Positions 43,489 to 51,505 of a stretch of DNA of 64,000 nt are shown here, in pieces. Each line of letters begins with the position of its first letter. Position 1 is the stretch's first letter. The stretch is taken from the NCBI GenBank assembly GCA_041651195.1, contig JBAZJR010000001.1:7601-71600 (forward strand), in the 5' to 3' direction. Source of the DNA: Patescibacteria group bacterium (GTDB lineage: Bacteria; Patescibacteriota; Patescibacteriia; Patescibacteriales; UBA12465). The translations under genes were made by a program, and so were the position numbers. Below the pieces are notes generated by a model, which had not been told where the DNA came from, did no database searches, and saw only the letters and a list, made by a program, of their open reading frames with translations.

Positions 43489-43587
43489 AGGGATGACGTC
43501 AGTTCAAACGTTGTCCTCCCTCTCAGGATTATATCCTGACTGATGAGTCCTCGTTTTGCCACTAGGGCGGACAAAGGACGAAAGGGA
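43489..43587 (+). ncRNA. hammerhead ribozyme copy 5 (divergent type III)
   Basis: P0 AGGGAUGACG/CGUUGUCCU. CCCUC with cleavage after C43522. Stem I is fully replaced but still paired (UCAGGA-UUAUA-UCCUGA). Core CUGAUGA. Stem II GUCC...GGAC carries a 25-nt insertion. Then GAAA-GGGA. Confidence 0.85.
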
Positions 43588-43595
43588 AAATCGAG

Positions 43596-43638
43596 ACGGC
43601 CGGAATTATGTTATAAACGGCCGGGAATTATGCTATAA
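43596..43638 (+). repeat. tandem direct repeat (21 + 22 nt)
   Basis: ACGGCCGGAATTATGTTATAA / ACGGCCGGGAATTATGCTATAA. Each ends in an extended -10-like TGnTATAA. Confidence 0.8.
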
Positions 43639-43645
43639 TATGATT

Positions 43646-43753
43646 AACCGCCTTTGAAGCGTAGAGCGTAAAAGACAGAACATTATTAAAACTCTCTCTC
43701 CTTAATACTGTACTTTCTTTTTACAACGCTCTACACTTGAAGGGCGGTTTTTG
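43646..43753 (+). terminator. long inverted repeat plus U-run: probable terminator of the island operon
   Basis: 24-nt arms (43646-69 and 43726-49) with 21 Watson-Crick pairs, 1 G:U and 2 mismatches. The loop is 56 nt and is followed by UUUUU. Confidence 0.6.
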
Positions 43754-43760
43754 CTATAAT
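43752..43760 (+). promoter_or_regulatory. extended -10 element (TGCTATAAT), candidate ftsK promoter
   Basis: A perfect TGnTATAAT 55 nt upstream of the ftsK ATG. An identical copy lies at 43631-39. Confidence 0.5.
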
Positions 43761-43814
43761 AAAAGCAGATTAATAAGAAACCGCCTAAAATAATGGTTTT
43801 TCCATTTTTTATTT

Positions 43815-46478
43815 ATGTCTAGACGAAAAAAGACTAACCCCTTGGATTATATCGCTCTGCCGGAATTCAATCTGGACGAGAAAGCGAAGCGCAGCATCTT
43901 GATCGTGATCCTGCTCGTTTTCGGGCTGATCAGCCTGCTCGGGTTATTTAATTTAGCCGGCCATTTCGGCCTCTTTATCTCTAAATGGCTCACGCTTATC
44001 TTCGGTTTCGGCAAATGGCTCGTGCCCTTCATCTTCTTATATTGGGCCCTGGTCTTAGTTCGGAAAGCCAAGCGGCCTCTGAAATTTACGGATTCTCTCG
44101 GCCTATTCCTATTATTCATCTCCTATCAGACTCTTTTCCATTTTTTCCTGGAACCGGCGCGCTGGGAGAGCGCAGTCGCGATCGGGACGGGCGGCGGCTA
44201 TATCGGCTGGTATCTGAGCCGTCTTTTCTTTTACGTTTTCGGTTTTTGGGGCGGAGTTTTGGTCTTAGCCGCCTGCCTCTTGATTTCTCTAGTCTTGGTC
44301 TTCAATACTTCATTATCCCGTCTGATTGGCCAGGATAGTTTTTTCGCTAAGCTCTTCCGCCCCTTCGTCTGGTTTTTTAGGAGCCTGTTCAGCGATTCTG
44401 GCGCGACAGAGGAAAGAGAGAACGAAGGGAAAAAATATATTGATGAGGCGCGTGAAGAGATTTTGGAAGCCTGGCAGAAGAAAGAGGTACCGGCGAGCCT
44501 GGAAATAATCGAGGAAGAAATCGAAGAAGAACCGAGTCCGGCCGCAGCCAAAAAAGATAAGCCGAAAGTCCAGGAAAAGATCGTCTGGCCGAAGCGTTCG
44601 ATCAAGATTGATATGCCGCTCGAACTCCTGAATAATAAATCAGGGAAGGCCATCGGCGGCGATACGGAACTCAATGCCCAGCGGATCCAGAAGACGCTAG
44701 AAAAATTCGGCATCAATGTCGAGATGGGTGAGACTAAAGTCGGTCCGACCGTGACCCAATATACTTTCCGGCCGGCCGAAGGCGTAAAATTATCCCGCAT
44801 CACGACTTTGAATAATGATTTATCGCTAGCCCTAGCGGCGCATCCGATCCGGATCGAAGCGCCGATTCCCGGCAAATCTTTAGTCGGCGTGGAAGTGCCG
44901 AATCGCGCGAAGGCGATCGTCGGTCTGCGAGAAATCTTGGAAGATAGCGCTTTCAAGAGCCGGAAGAATAATCTTTTCATCGCTCTCGGCAAAGACGTGG
45001 CTGGCACGGCTTGGCTCTATGACTTGACCAAGATGCCGCACCTGCTTGTCGCTGGCGCCACCAATTCCGGCAAGTCGGTCTGTTTGAACGCGATCATCGT
45101 CAGCCTGCTCTATCAGAATAATCCGGACGATCTGCGTTTTATCATGGTCGATCCGAAGCGGGTGGAGCTCCCGACCTATAACGGCATCCCGCATCTTTTG
45201 ACGCCGGTCATCACCGATGTCAATAAGACGATCAACGCCTTGAAATGGTGCTTGAACGAGATGGAACGGCGCTATGATGTTTTAAATAAAGCGGGAAAGC
45301 GCAATATCCAATCGTATAACGCGGTGAGCAAGGAAAAATTACCCTATATAGTCTTCATCATCGACGAACTGGCCGACTTCATGATGACTTCCGGCAAGGA
45401 CATGGAAGCGGCGATTATCCGTCTGGCGCAGATGTCGCGCGCTATCGGCATCCATTTGATCCTGGCGACCCAGCGGCCGAGCGTCGATGTCATCACGGGC
45501 TTGATCAAAGCCAACGTGCCGACGCGCATCGCTTTTTCCGTCGCTTCTCTAGTCGATTCAAAGACGATCTTAGATTCTTCCGGTGCGGAAAAACTATTGG
45601 GCCAGGGCGATATGCTGTTTATGTGCGCGGAATTCGCCAAGCCGAAACGCATCCAGGGGGCTTATCTGAGCGATGGCGAAATCAACGATGTTGTGAATTA
45701 TATCAAGGATAAGAGCGGTCCGGCTGAATATCTGGAGGGCGTCACCGACCGCCAGAAAGTCGGCGGCAATGCCGGCGTCGGCCTAGACGGCAACCACGGC
45801 GATGAGGATGAATTATTTGAAGAAGCAAAAGCGATCATCATCAAGGCCGGTAAGGCTTCAACCTCTATGTTGCAGCGCCGCCTGTCTATCGGTTATGGCC
45901 GCGCCGCTAAGATCCTCGATATGCTAGAAGAGGCGGGCATCATCGGTCCGTCTAACGGCGCCAAACCGCGCGAAGTGATGATCAGCCAGGAACAATACGA
46001 AGCGATGGGCGCGAGCCCGCTCAGCGGTTTGCCGGTGCATAATCGAAATGAGGCCGTTGCGCCGGATAGTTATTTAGGCGAAGATGAAGAGGAGGAGGGC
46101 GATGACGGTACTCTGGTCTTTAAAGGCGAGGACAATCGCGTCGCGGAGATTGACGAGGAGGCTGACGAGGAAGAAGCGGCAGAAGGCATTGCCCAAGAAG
46201 AGGAAGAAATAATTAAAGAAAGTTTTGCGGAGGAGCTGGAAGACGCAGAAGAAGCCGATGACGATCTGCCGGCAGAAAAAATAGAAGCTGAAAAGATCAA
46301 GGAAGAATTGCTATTAACGCCGGATGAGCAGGATGAAGTGATCGAGGATGAAGATGAGATCTTGGCGGAAATCAGGGAGAAGAAAAGCGCGCCGGCGTCT
46401 CCGGCAGCCAAGTCTTCAAATCCGGCCAAGAAGCATAATCCGCTTGAAGATGATGACGAGATGTTTTTCGCGAAATAA
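43815..46478 (+). CDS. ftsK: DNA translocase FtsK/SpoIIIE with an acidic linker and tail
   Basis: N-terminal TM helices, Walker A VAGATNSGKS, IIDELADFMM, and a gamma-domain-like SMLQRRLSIGYGRAAKILDMLE. Confidence 0.95.
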   Translation: MSRRKKTNPLDYIALPEFNLDEKAKRSILIVILLVFGLISLLGLFNLAGHFGLFISKWLTLIFGFGKWLVPFIFLYWALVLVRKAKRPLKFTDSLGLFLLFISYQTLFHFFLEPARWESAVAIGTGGGYIGWYLSRLFFYVFGFWGGVLVLAACLLISLVLVFNTSLSRLIGQDSFFAKLFRPFVWFFRSLFSDSGATEERENEGKKYIDEAREEILEAWQKKEVPASLEIIEEEIEEEPSPAAAKKDKPKVQEKIVWPKRSIKIDMPLELLNNKSGKAIGGDTELNAQRIQKTLEKFGINVEMGETKVGPTVTQYTFRPAEGVKLSRITTLNNDLSLALAAHPIRIEAPIPGKSLVGVEVPNRAKAIVGLREILEDSAFKSRKNNLFIALGKDVAGTAWLYDLTKMPHLLVAGATNSGKSVCLNAIIVSLLYQNNPDDLRFIMVDPKRVELPTYNGIPHLLTPVITDVNKTINALKWCLNEMERRYDVLNKAGKRNIQSYNAVSKEKLPYIVFIIDELADFMMTSGKDMEAAIIRLAQMSRAIGIHLILATQRPSVDVITGLIKANVPTRIAFSVASLVDSKTILDSSGAEKLLGQGDMLFMCAEFAKPKRIQGAYLSDGEINDVVNYIKDKSGPAEYLEGVTDRQKVGGNAGVGLDGNHGDEDELFEEAKAIIIKAGKASTSMLQRRLSIGYGRAAKILDMLEEAGIIGPSNGAKPREVMISQEQYEAMGASPLSGLPVHNRNEAVAPDSYLGEDEEEEGDDGTLVFKGEDNRVAEIDEEADEEEAAEGIAQEEEEIIKESFAEELEDAEEADDDLPAEKIEAEKIKEELLLTPDEQDEVIEDEDEILAEIREKKSAPASPAAKSSNPAKKHNPLEDDDEMFFAK

Positions 46479-46480
46479 AT

Positions 46481-47917
46481 ATGTTAGAACAGATAAAAAA
46501 AATTATTCCGACAAGGATCTTCAAAGCTCTCCAGCCGCCCTACCATTTTCTGATGGCCTGGCTGGCGGCTTTAGTTTACGGCTTTCCCAGTCGGAAACTA
46601 GTGATCATCGGCGTGACCGGGACAGCCGGCAAGACTTCGGTCGTCTATCTGATCGCCCGGATGCTGACGGAGGCCGGTTATAAGACCGGATTCACGTCAA
46701 CGGCAGCGATATCCGACGGCCAGCGAGAATGGCTCAACGCCAAGAAGATGACGATGCCCGGCCGGTTTTTTATCCAGAAGCTCTTGCGGAGCATGGTTAA
46801 GAATAATTGTTGTTACGCGGTCGTTGAAACGACCTCTGAAGGTATCAAACAGTTCCGCCATCGTTTCATCAGCTACGATCTCCTGGTCTTCACCGGTCTG
46901 TATCCGGAACATATTGATTCGCACGGCTCTTTCGATAAATACCGGGCGGCCAAAGGGAAGCTATTTACGCATCTCAAAAGGAGCCGCACTAAATATATCG
47001 ATAGCGATCATCGGGTCGTCGAACCAAAGAGCGAACTCAGGAAATTAGATTTGACCCGGGTCGCCAAGACGATCATCGTCAATGGCGACGACGCTCAGGC
47101 CGATTATTTTTTGAATTTTTGGAGCGAGGCGAAGATGGCCTGCTCTTTCAATCCTGAAGCGGACGCCGATCTATTTTTGAAAAAGTTGAATAGTGAGACG
47201 ATCGTAAAGGATTTCGTACTCGTCCGCGGCGAGGGCGTCTCTGCTAGCGCGAGCGGGACCGTCGTAACGATCGACGGCCAGCGCGTCAATTTAAAGTTAT
47301 TAGGAGAATTTAACGCGGCGAACGCCTTGCTGGCCGCGGCTGTCGGCTTGAATCAGGGTTTGAGCCTGCCCGGCATCAAGATCGGCTTAGAGGAAGTCCG
47401 CGGCTTGGCCGGTAAATTAGAGAAGATAGAGGCGGGGCAGGATTTTTCCGTTATCGTCGATTACTCTTTCGAGCCTAAAGCCTTAGAAAAACTCTATCAG
47501 ACCCTAGAACTGATCCCGCATCAGAAGCTGATCCATCTCTTAGGTTCGGCCGGTGGCGGCCGAGATAAGGCGCGGCGTCCGATCCTAGGCCGTTTAGCCG
47601 CGGAAAAGGCCGCTTTTGTTATAGTCACCGATGAAGATCCTTATGATGAGGACCCCGCTACTATCATCAATCAGGTCGCGTCTGGGGCAGAAATGGCTGG
47701 GAAGCGGATAAATATTGACCTGTTTAAGATCCTTGATCGGCGTGAAGCCATAAGAAAAGCGCTATCTTTAGCCAAAGAAGGTGATTTAGTCCTGTTTACC
47801 GGCAAAGGGGCGGAACAGTCTATTTGTCTGGCCGCTGGCCAGAAAATGCCTTGGGACGAGAGGGAGGCCGTTCGAGAGGAATTGGTGGAGTTGATGCGTA
47901 TTGACAAGCGGGAATAA
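46481..47917 (+). CDS. murE: Mur ligase, probably UDP-MurNAc-L-Ala-D-Glu--diamino acid ligase
   Basis: IGVTGTAGKTSVVYL P-loop and a DYSFEP / GSAGGGRD block (MurE-type). Confidence 0.75.
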   Translation: MLEQIKKIIPTRIFKALQPPYHFLMAWLAALVYGFPSRKLVIIGVTGTAGKTSVVYLIARMLTEAGYKTGFTSTAAISDGQREWLNAKKMTMPGRFFIQKLLRSMVKNNCCYAVVETTSEGIKQFRHRFISYDLLVFTGLYPEHIDSHGSFDKYRAAKGKLFTHLKRSRTKYIDSDHRVVEPKSELRKLDLTRVAKTIIVNGDDAQADYFLNFWSEAKMACSFNPEADADLFLKKLNSETIVKDFVLVRGEGVSASASGTVVTIDGQRVNLKLLGEFNAANALLAAAVGLNQGLSLPGIKIGLEEVRGLAGKLEKIEAGQDFSVIVDYSFEPKALEKLYQTLELIPHQKLIHLLGSAGGGRDKARRPILGRLAAEKAAFVIVTDEDPYDEDPATIINQVASGAEMAGKRINIDLFKILDRREAIRKALSLAKEGDLVLFTGKGAEQSICLAAGQKMPWDEREAVREELVELMRIDKRE

Positions 47918-48182
47918 GTATAATATACTCAGAATATCTTAACACTTTTTTGTTTAAAAAAAGTGATTTATCAAAAAATAAATTAATTTAATAAGACTGA
48001 AACTCAAACCAATTTGGGATTGGGATTTTTTTGTTAAATTAGCTAGATATTAGGTTTTTAAATCAACATAAATAGTCGGGACGGGTCAGTCTAGCCGGCT
48101 ATTTTTTCCCTCTTAAAATATAATTTAAACTTCCGCTTTCCGCTTTTTTGTTGTCCGGAAATGCGGCAACGTCCATTTACTT

Positions 48183-51100
48183 ATGCTAAAACGAAAATCT
48201 TTTTCGGAGTTGAATGAGATCATGCCCATCCCGGATTTAATCGAGATCCAGACAGAAAGTTATAAATGGTTCCTCAAGGAAGGTTTAGCCGAGCTTTTCG
48301 ATGAGATCAATCCAGTCGTCGATTTTATCGGCCGCGACTTGGAATTATATTTTGAAGATTATTATCTCGATGAGCCGAAATTTTCGGAAGTGGAAAGCCG
48401 GGAAAAGAATATCACTTACGAGGCTCCGCTGCGCGTCAAGGTCCGTTTAGTCAATAAGAAAACCGGCCGGGCTTTGAATCAGGAGGTTTTCTTGGGCGAT
48501 TTTCCGCTCATGACCGAAAAAGGCACTTTTATCATCAACGGCATCGAACGGGTCGTTGTTTCGCAGCTGATCCGCTCGGCCGGAGTCATGTTTACCGCCG
48601 AGTTCATCAAAGGCAAGAAATGCTATGGCGCGAAGATCATCCCGAATCGCGGCGCTTGGCTGGAAATCGAGACGGATGCCAATAAGGTGCTCTGGGTGCG
48701 CATTGATCGGAAGCGCAAGGTTGCGGTCACTTCTTTGATGCGCGCTTTAGGTTATGGTAACGACGAGGAGCTTTTGAAACTATTTACCGATGTCGACCTG
48801 GTCAAGAGCGATGATGAAAAGACTTATATCGAAGCGACGATCGAGAAAGACGCCGCCAAAACCGAAGCGGAGGGTTTGCAGGAAGTCTATCGCCGCATTC
48901 GGCCGGGCGACCTGGCCTCGGTCGATAACGCCCGCCAGCTCATCCATTCCATGTTTTTCCGTTTTGACCGCTATGATTTCGGCCGCGTCGGCCGCTATAA
49001 GCTGAATCGGCGCTTTAACCTTGATCTGCCGGCCAATAAGAAAGAAAACCGGATCTTAAGGAAAGAAGATCTGCTTTTGATCGTGAAAGAAGTGATCCGC
49101 TTGAACATCGTTAAGGAGCCGGAAGATGATATCGACCATCTCGGCAACCGGCGGATCCGCGCCGTGGGCGGCCTGATTCAGAATCGTTTCCGCGTGGGCC
49201 TCGCCCGCATGGAACGCATCATCAAGGACCGGATGTCCACGACCGATATCGCCTCTTTGACCCCGTCCAAGCTCGTCAACGCCCGTCCGGTCATCGGCGT
49301 GGTCCGGGAGTTTTTCATGTCTTCCCAGTTATCGCAGTTCATGGATCAGACTAATCCGCTCGCGGAGCTGGAGCATAAGCGTCGTTTGTCGGCGATGGGT
49401 CCGGGCGGCTTGACGCGGGAACGCGCCGGTTTCGATGTCCGCGATGTGCACGCTACCCACTACGGCCGCATCTGCCCGATCGCGACGCCGGAAGGCCCGA
49501 ATATCGGCCTGGTCGGCCATCTGGCCAGCTATGCCCATCTGAATAGTTATGGTTTTTTGGAAACGCCGTATCGCAAAGTCGCTCATGACAAGAAGGGCAG
49601 CCGGGTGACGGATGAAATTATTTATATCGATGCTTTTGAAGAGGAGAAATATGTTACCGCGGACGCGACTATCCCGGTCGATCAGAACGGCTATATCTTG
49701 GTTAGTAAATACGAAGTGCGCAAGAATGGCCAGCCGGGCATGGAAGAGACCGGGAAAATAGACTTTGTCGGCTTAGCCGCCAATCAGATCATCTCGATCG
49801 CGACCAGCTTGATTCCGTTTATGGAACATAACGACGGACAGCGTTCCTTGATGGGTACGAACATGCAACGCCAGGCCGTCCCGCTCATCAAGAGCGAGGC
49901 GCCGATCGTCGGAACTGGCGTCGAGGAAAAGGCGGCGCGCGATAGCGGCCATGTCGTCATCGCGAAAGACGACGGGGTGATTACGAAAGCCGATGCCAGC
50001 CTGATCGAACTCACTGACAAGAAGGGGCAGGTGACGACCTATCATCTGAATAAATTTTTGCGCTCCAATTCTTCCACCTGTATTAACCAGCATCCGATCG
50101 TGGAAGTCGGGCAGAAAGTCAAGAAAGGCGAGATCCTCTCGGACGGGCCGGCGATCGATAACGGCGAGTTATCACTGGGCCGCAATGTGCTCGTCGCTTT
50201 CATGACCTGGGAAGGCTTCAATTATGAAGACGCCGTCATTATTTCCGACCGCATGGTCAAAGAAGACGTCTATTCTTCCATCCATATTGAAAATTATACG
50301 ATCGATGTCCGCGACACGAAATTAGGCCCGGAAGTGATCACGAACGATATCCCGAATATCAGCGAAGAGAAGCTGAAGAATCTGGATGAAGAAGGGATCA
50401 TCTCCATCGGCGCGGAAGTCTCCTCCGGGGATATCCTGGTCGGCAAGATTACGCCGAAAGGCGAAACGACGCTGTCGGCCGAAGAGAAATTATTGCGCGC
50501 GATCTTCGGCGAGAAAGCCAAAGATGTCCGGGACTCCTCTTTATATCTGGAACACGGCGAGCACGGCAAAGTCGTCGACATCAAGATCTTTTCCCGCGAA
50601 CAAGGCGATAAATTAGCGGCCGGCGTTTTGAAATCTATCCAGGTCGCCGTCGCCAACCTGCGCAAGATCCAAGTCGGTGACAAGATGTCCGGCCGGCACG
50701 GCAATAAGGGGGTTATTTCCCAGGTTGTGCCGATCGAGGATATGCCTTTTATGGCGGACGGGACTTCGATCGACGTTATCTTGTCGCCGCTCGGCATCAT
50801 TTCCCGTATGAACTTGGGTCAGCTCTTGGAAACCCATATGGGCTTTGCCGCCAAGAAGCTAGGCTATAAGGTCGTGACGCCAGCTTTGAACGGGATTACC
50901 GAAGAACAGATCCGGAATGAGTTGCGGGCCGCTGGTTTGCCGGAGAACGGCAAGGTGACTCTGTATGACGGGAAGACCGGCGAGGCCTATGACCATCAGA
51001 TCACGGTCGGCTATAAATATGTCTTGAAATTGAACCATATGGTGGAAGATAAGATCCACCAGCGCTCGATTGGCCCTTATTCCTTGATTACCCAGCAGCC

Positions 51101-51482
51101 TTTAGGCGGCAAGGCACAATTCGGCGGGCAGCGTTTCGGGGAAATGGAAGTCTGGGCTCTCGAAGGCTACGGCGCGGCGCATACGCTCCAGGAAATGCTG
51201 ACGATCAAGTCAGACGATGTCCCCGGCCGCAGCAAGGCTTATGAAGCGATCATCAAGGGCGAGGAGATTGAAAAATTGAACGTGCCGGAATCATTCAATG
51301 TCCTTATCCGCGAGCTCAAAGGCTTGGGCTTGAATGTGGAGCTTTTGGACGGCACCGGCGGTCAGCCCGCTTCGGAAGTAGTGACTGAGATCGACGAAGA
51401 GCTCCAGGCCGATGAAAAATTAGCTTATGACAAGCCGGAGATCGTTGCCGCTTTGAACGAGGACGCTAAGGATGAGGACTAA
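48183..51482 (+). CDS. rpoB: DNA-directed RNA polymerase beta subunit
   Basis: 1099 aa. GRHGNKGVIS, NMQRQAVPL and EVWALEGYGAA motifs. Confidence 0.97.
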   Translation: MLKRKSFSELNEIMPIPDLIEIQTESYKWFLKEGLAELFDEINPVVDFIGRDLELYFEDYYLDEPKFSEVESREKNITYEAPLRVKVRLVNKKTGRALNQEVFLGDFPLMTEKGTFIINGIERVVVSQLIRSAGVMFTAEFIKGKKCYGAKIIPNRGAWLEIETDANKVLWVRIDRKRKVAVTSLMRALGYGNDEELLKLFTDVDLVKSDDEKTYIEATIEKDAAKTEAEGLQEVYRRIRPGDLASVDNARQLIHSMFFRFDRYDFGRVGRYKLNRRFNLDLPANKKENRILRKEDLLLIVKEVIRLNIVKEPEDDIDHLGNRRIRAVGGLIQNRFRVGLARMERIIKDRMSTTDIASLTPSKLVNARPVIGVVREFFMSSQLSQFMDQTNPLAELEHKRRLSAMGPGGLTRERAGFDVRDVHATHYGRICPIATPEGPNIGLVGHLASYAHLNSYGFLETPYRKVAHDKKGSRVTDEIIYIDAFEEEKYVTADATIPVDQNGYILVSKYEVRKNGQPGMEETGKIDFVGLAANQIISIATSLIPFMEHNDGQRSLMGTNMQRQAVPLIKSEAPIVGTGVEEKAARDSGHVVIAKDDGVITKADASLIELTDKKGQVTTYHLNKFLRSNSSTCINQHPIVEVGQKVKKGEILSDGPAIDNGELSLGRNVLVAFMTWEGFNYEDAVIISDRMVKEDVYSSIHIENYTIDVRDTKLGPEVITNDIPNISEEKLKNLDEEGIISIGAEVSSGDILVGKITPKGETTLSAEEKLLRAIFGEKAKDVRDSSLYLEHGEHGKVVDIKIFSREQGDKLAAGVLKSIQVAVANLRKIQVGDKMSGRHGNKGVISQVVPIEDMPFMADGTSIDVILSPLGIISRMNLGQLLETHMGFAAKKLGYKVVTPALNGITEEQIRNELRAAGLPENGKVTLYDGKTGEAYDHQITVGYKYVLKLNHMVEDKIHQRSIGPYSLITQQPLGGKAQFGGQRFGEMEVWALEGYGAAHTLQEMLTIKSDDVPGRSKAYEAIIKGEEIEKLNVPESFNVLIRELKGLGLNVELLDGTGGQPASEVVTEIDEELQADEKLAYDKPEIVAALNEDAKDED

Positions 51483-51505
51483 TCTCTATAAATTTTAAAT
51501 ATTAT

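Noticed and set aside
34632-43587. Could the repeated ~80-nt elements be a CRISPR array or simple dispersed repeats?
   Set aside because: The spacing is irregular (0.37 to 5 kb) and the gaps contain genes. The copies differ by compensatory substitutions that preserve a hammerhead fold. This is not the behaviour of CRISPR repeats.
33202-43814. Search for att-like direct repeats, an integrase, or a tRNA target flanking the island
   Set aside because: I found no shared 12-mer or longer between the left (33202-33440 or 29700-29850) and right (43590-43814) boundaries by eye. There is no recombinase gene and no adjacent tRNA. The mobility mechanism is therefore unsupported, and the island is not annotated as a mobile_element.
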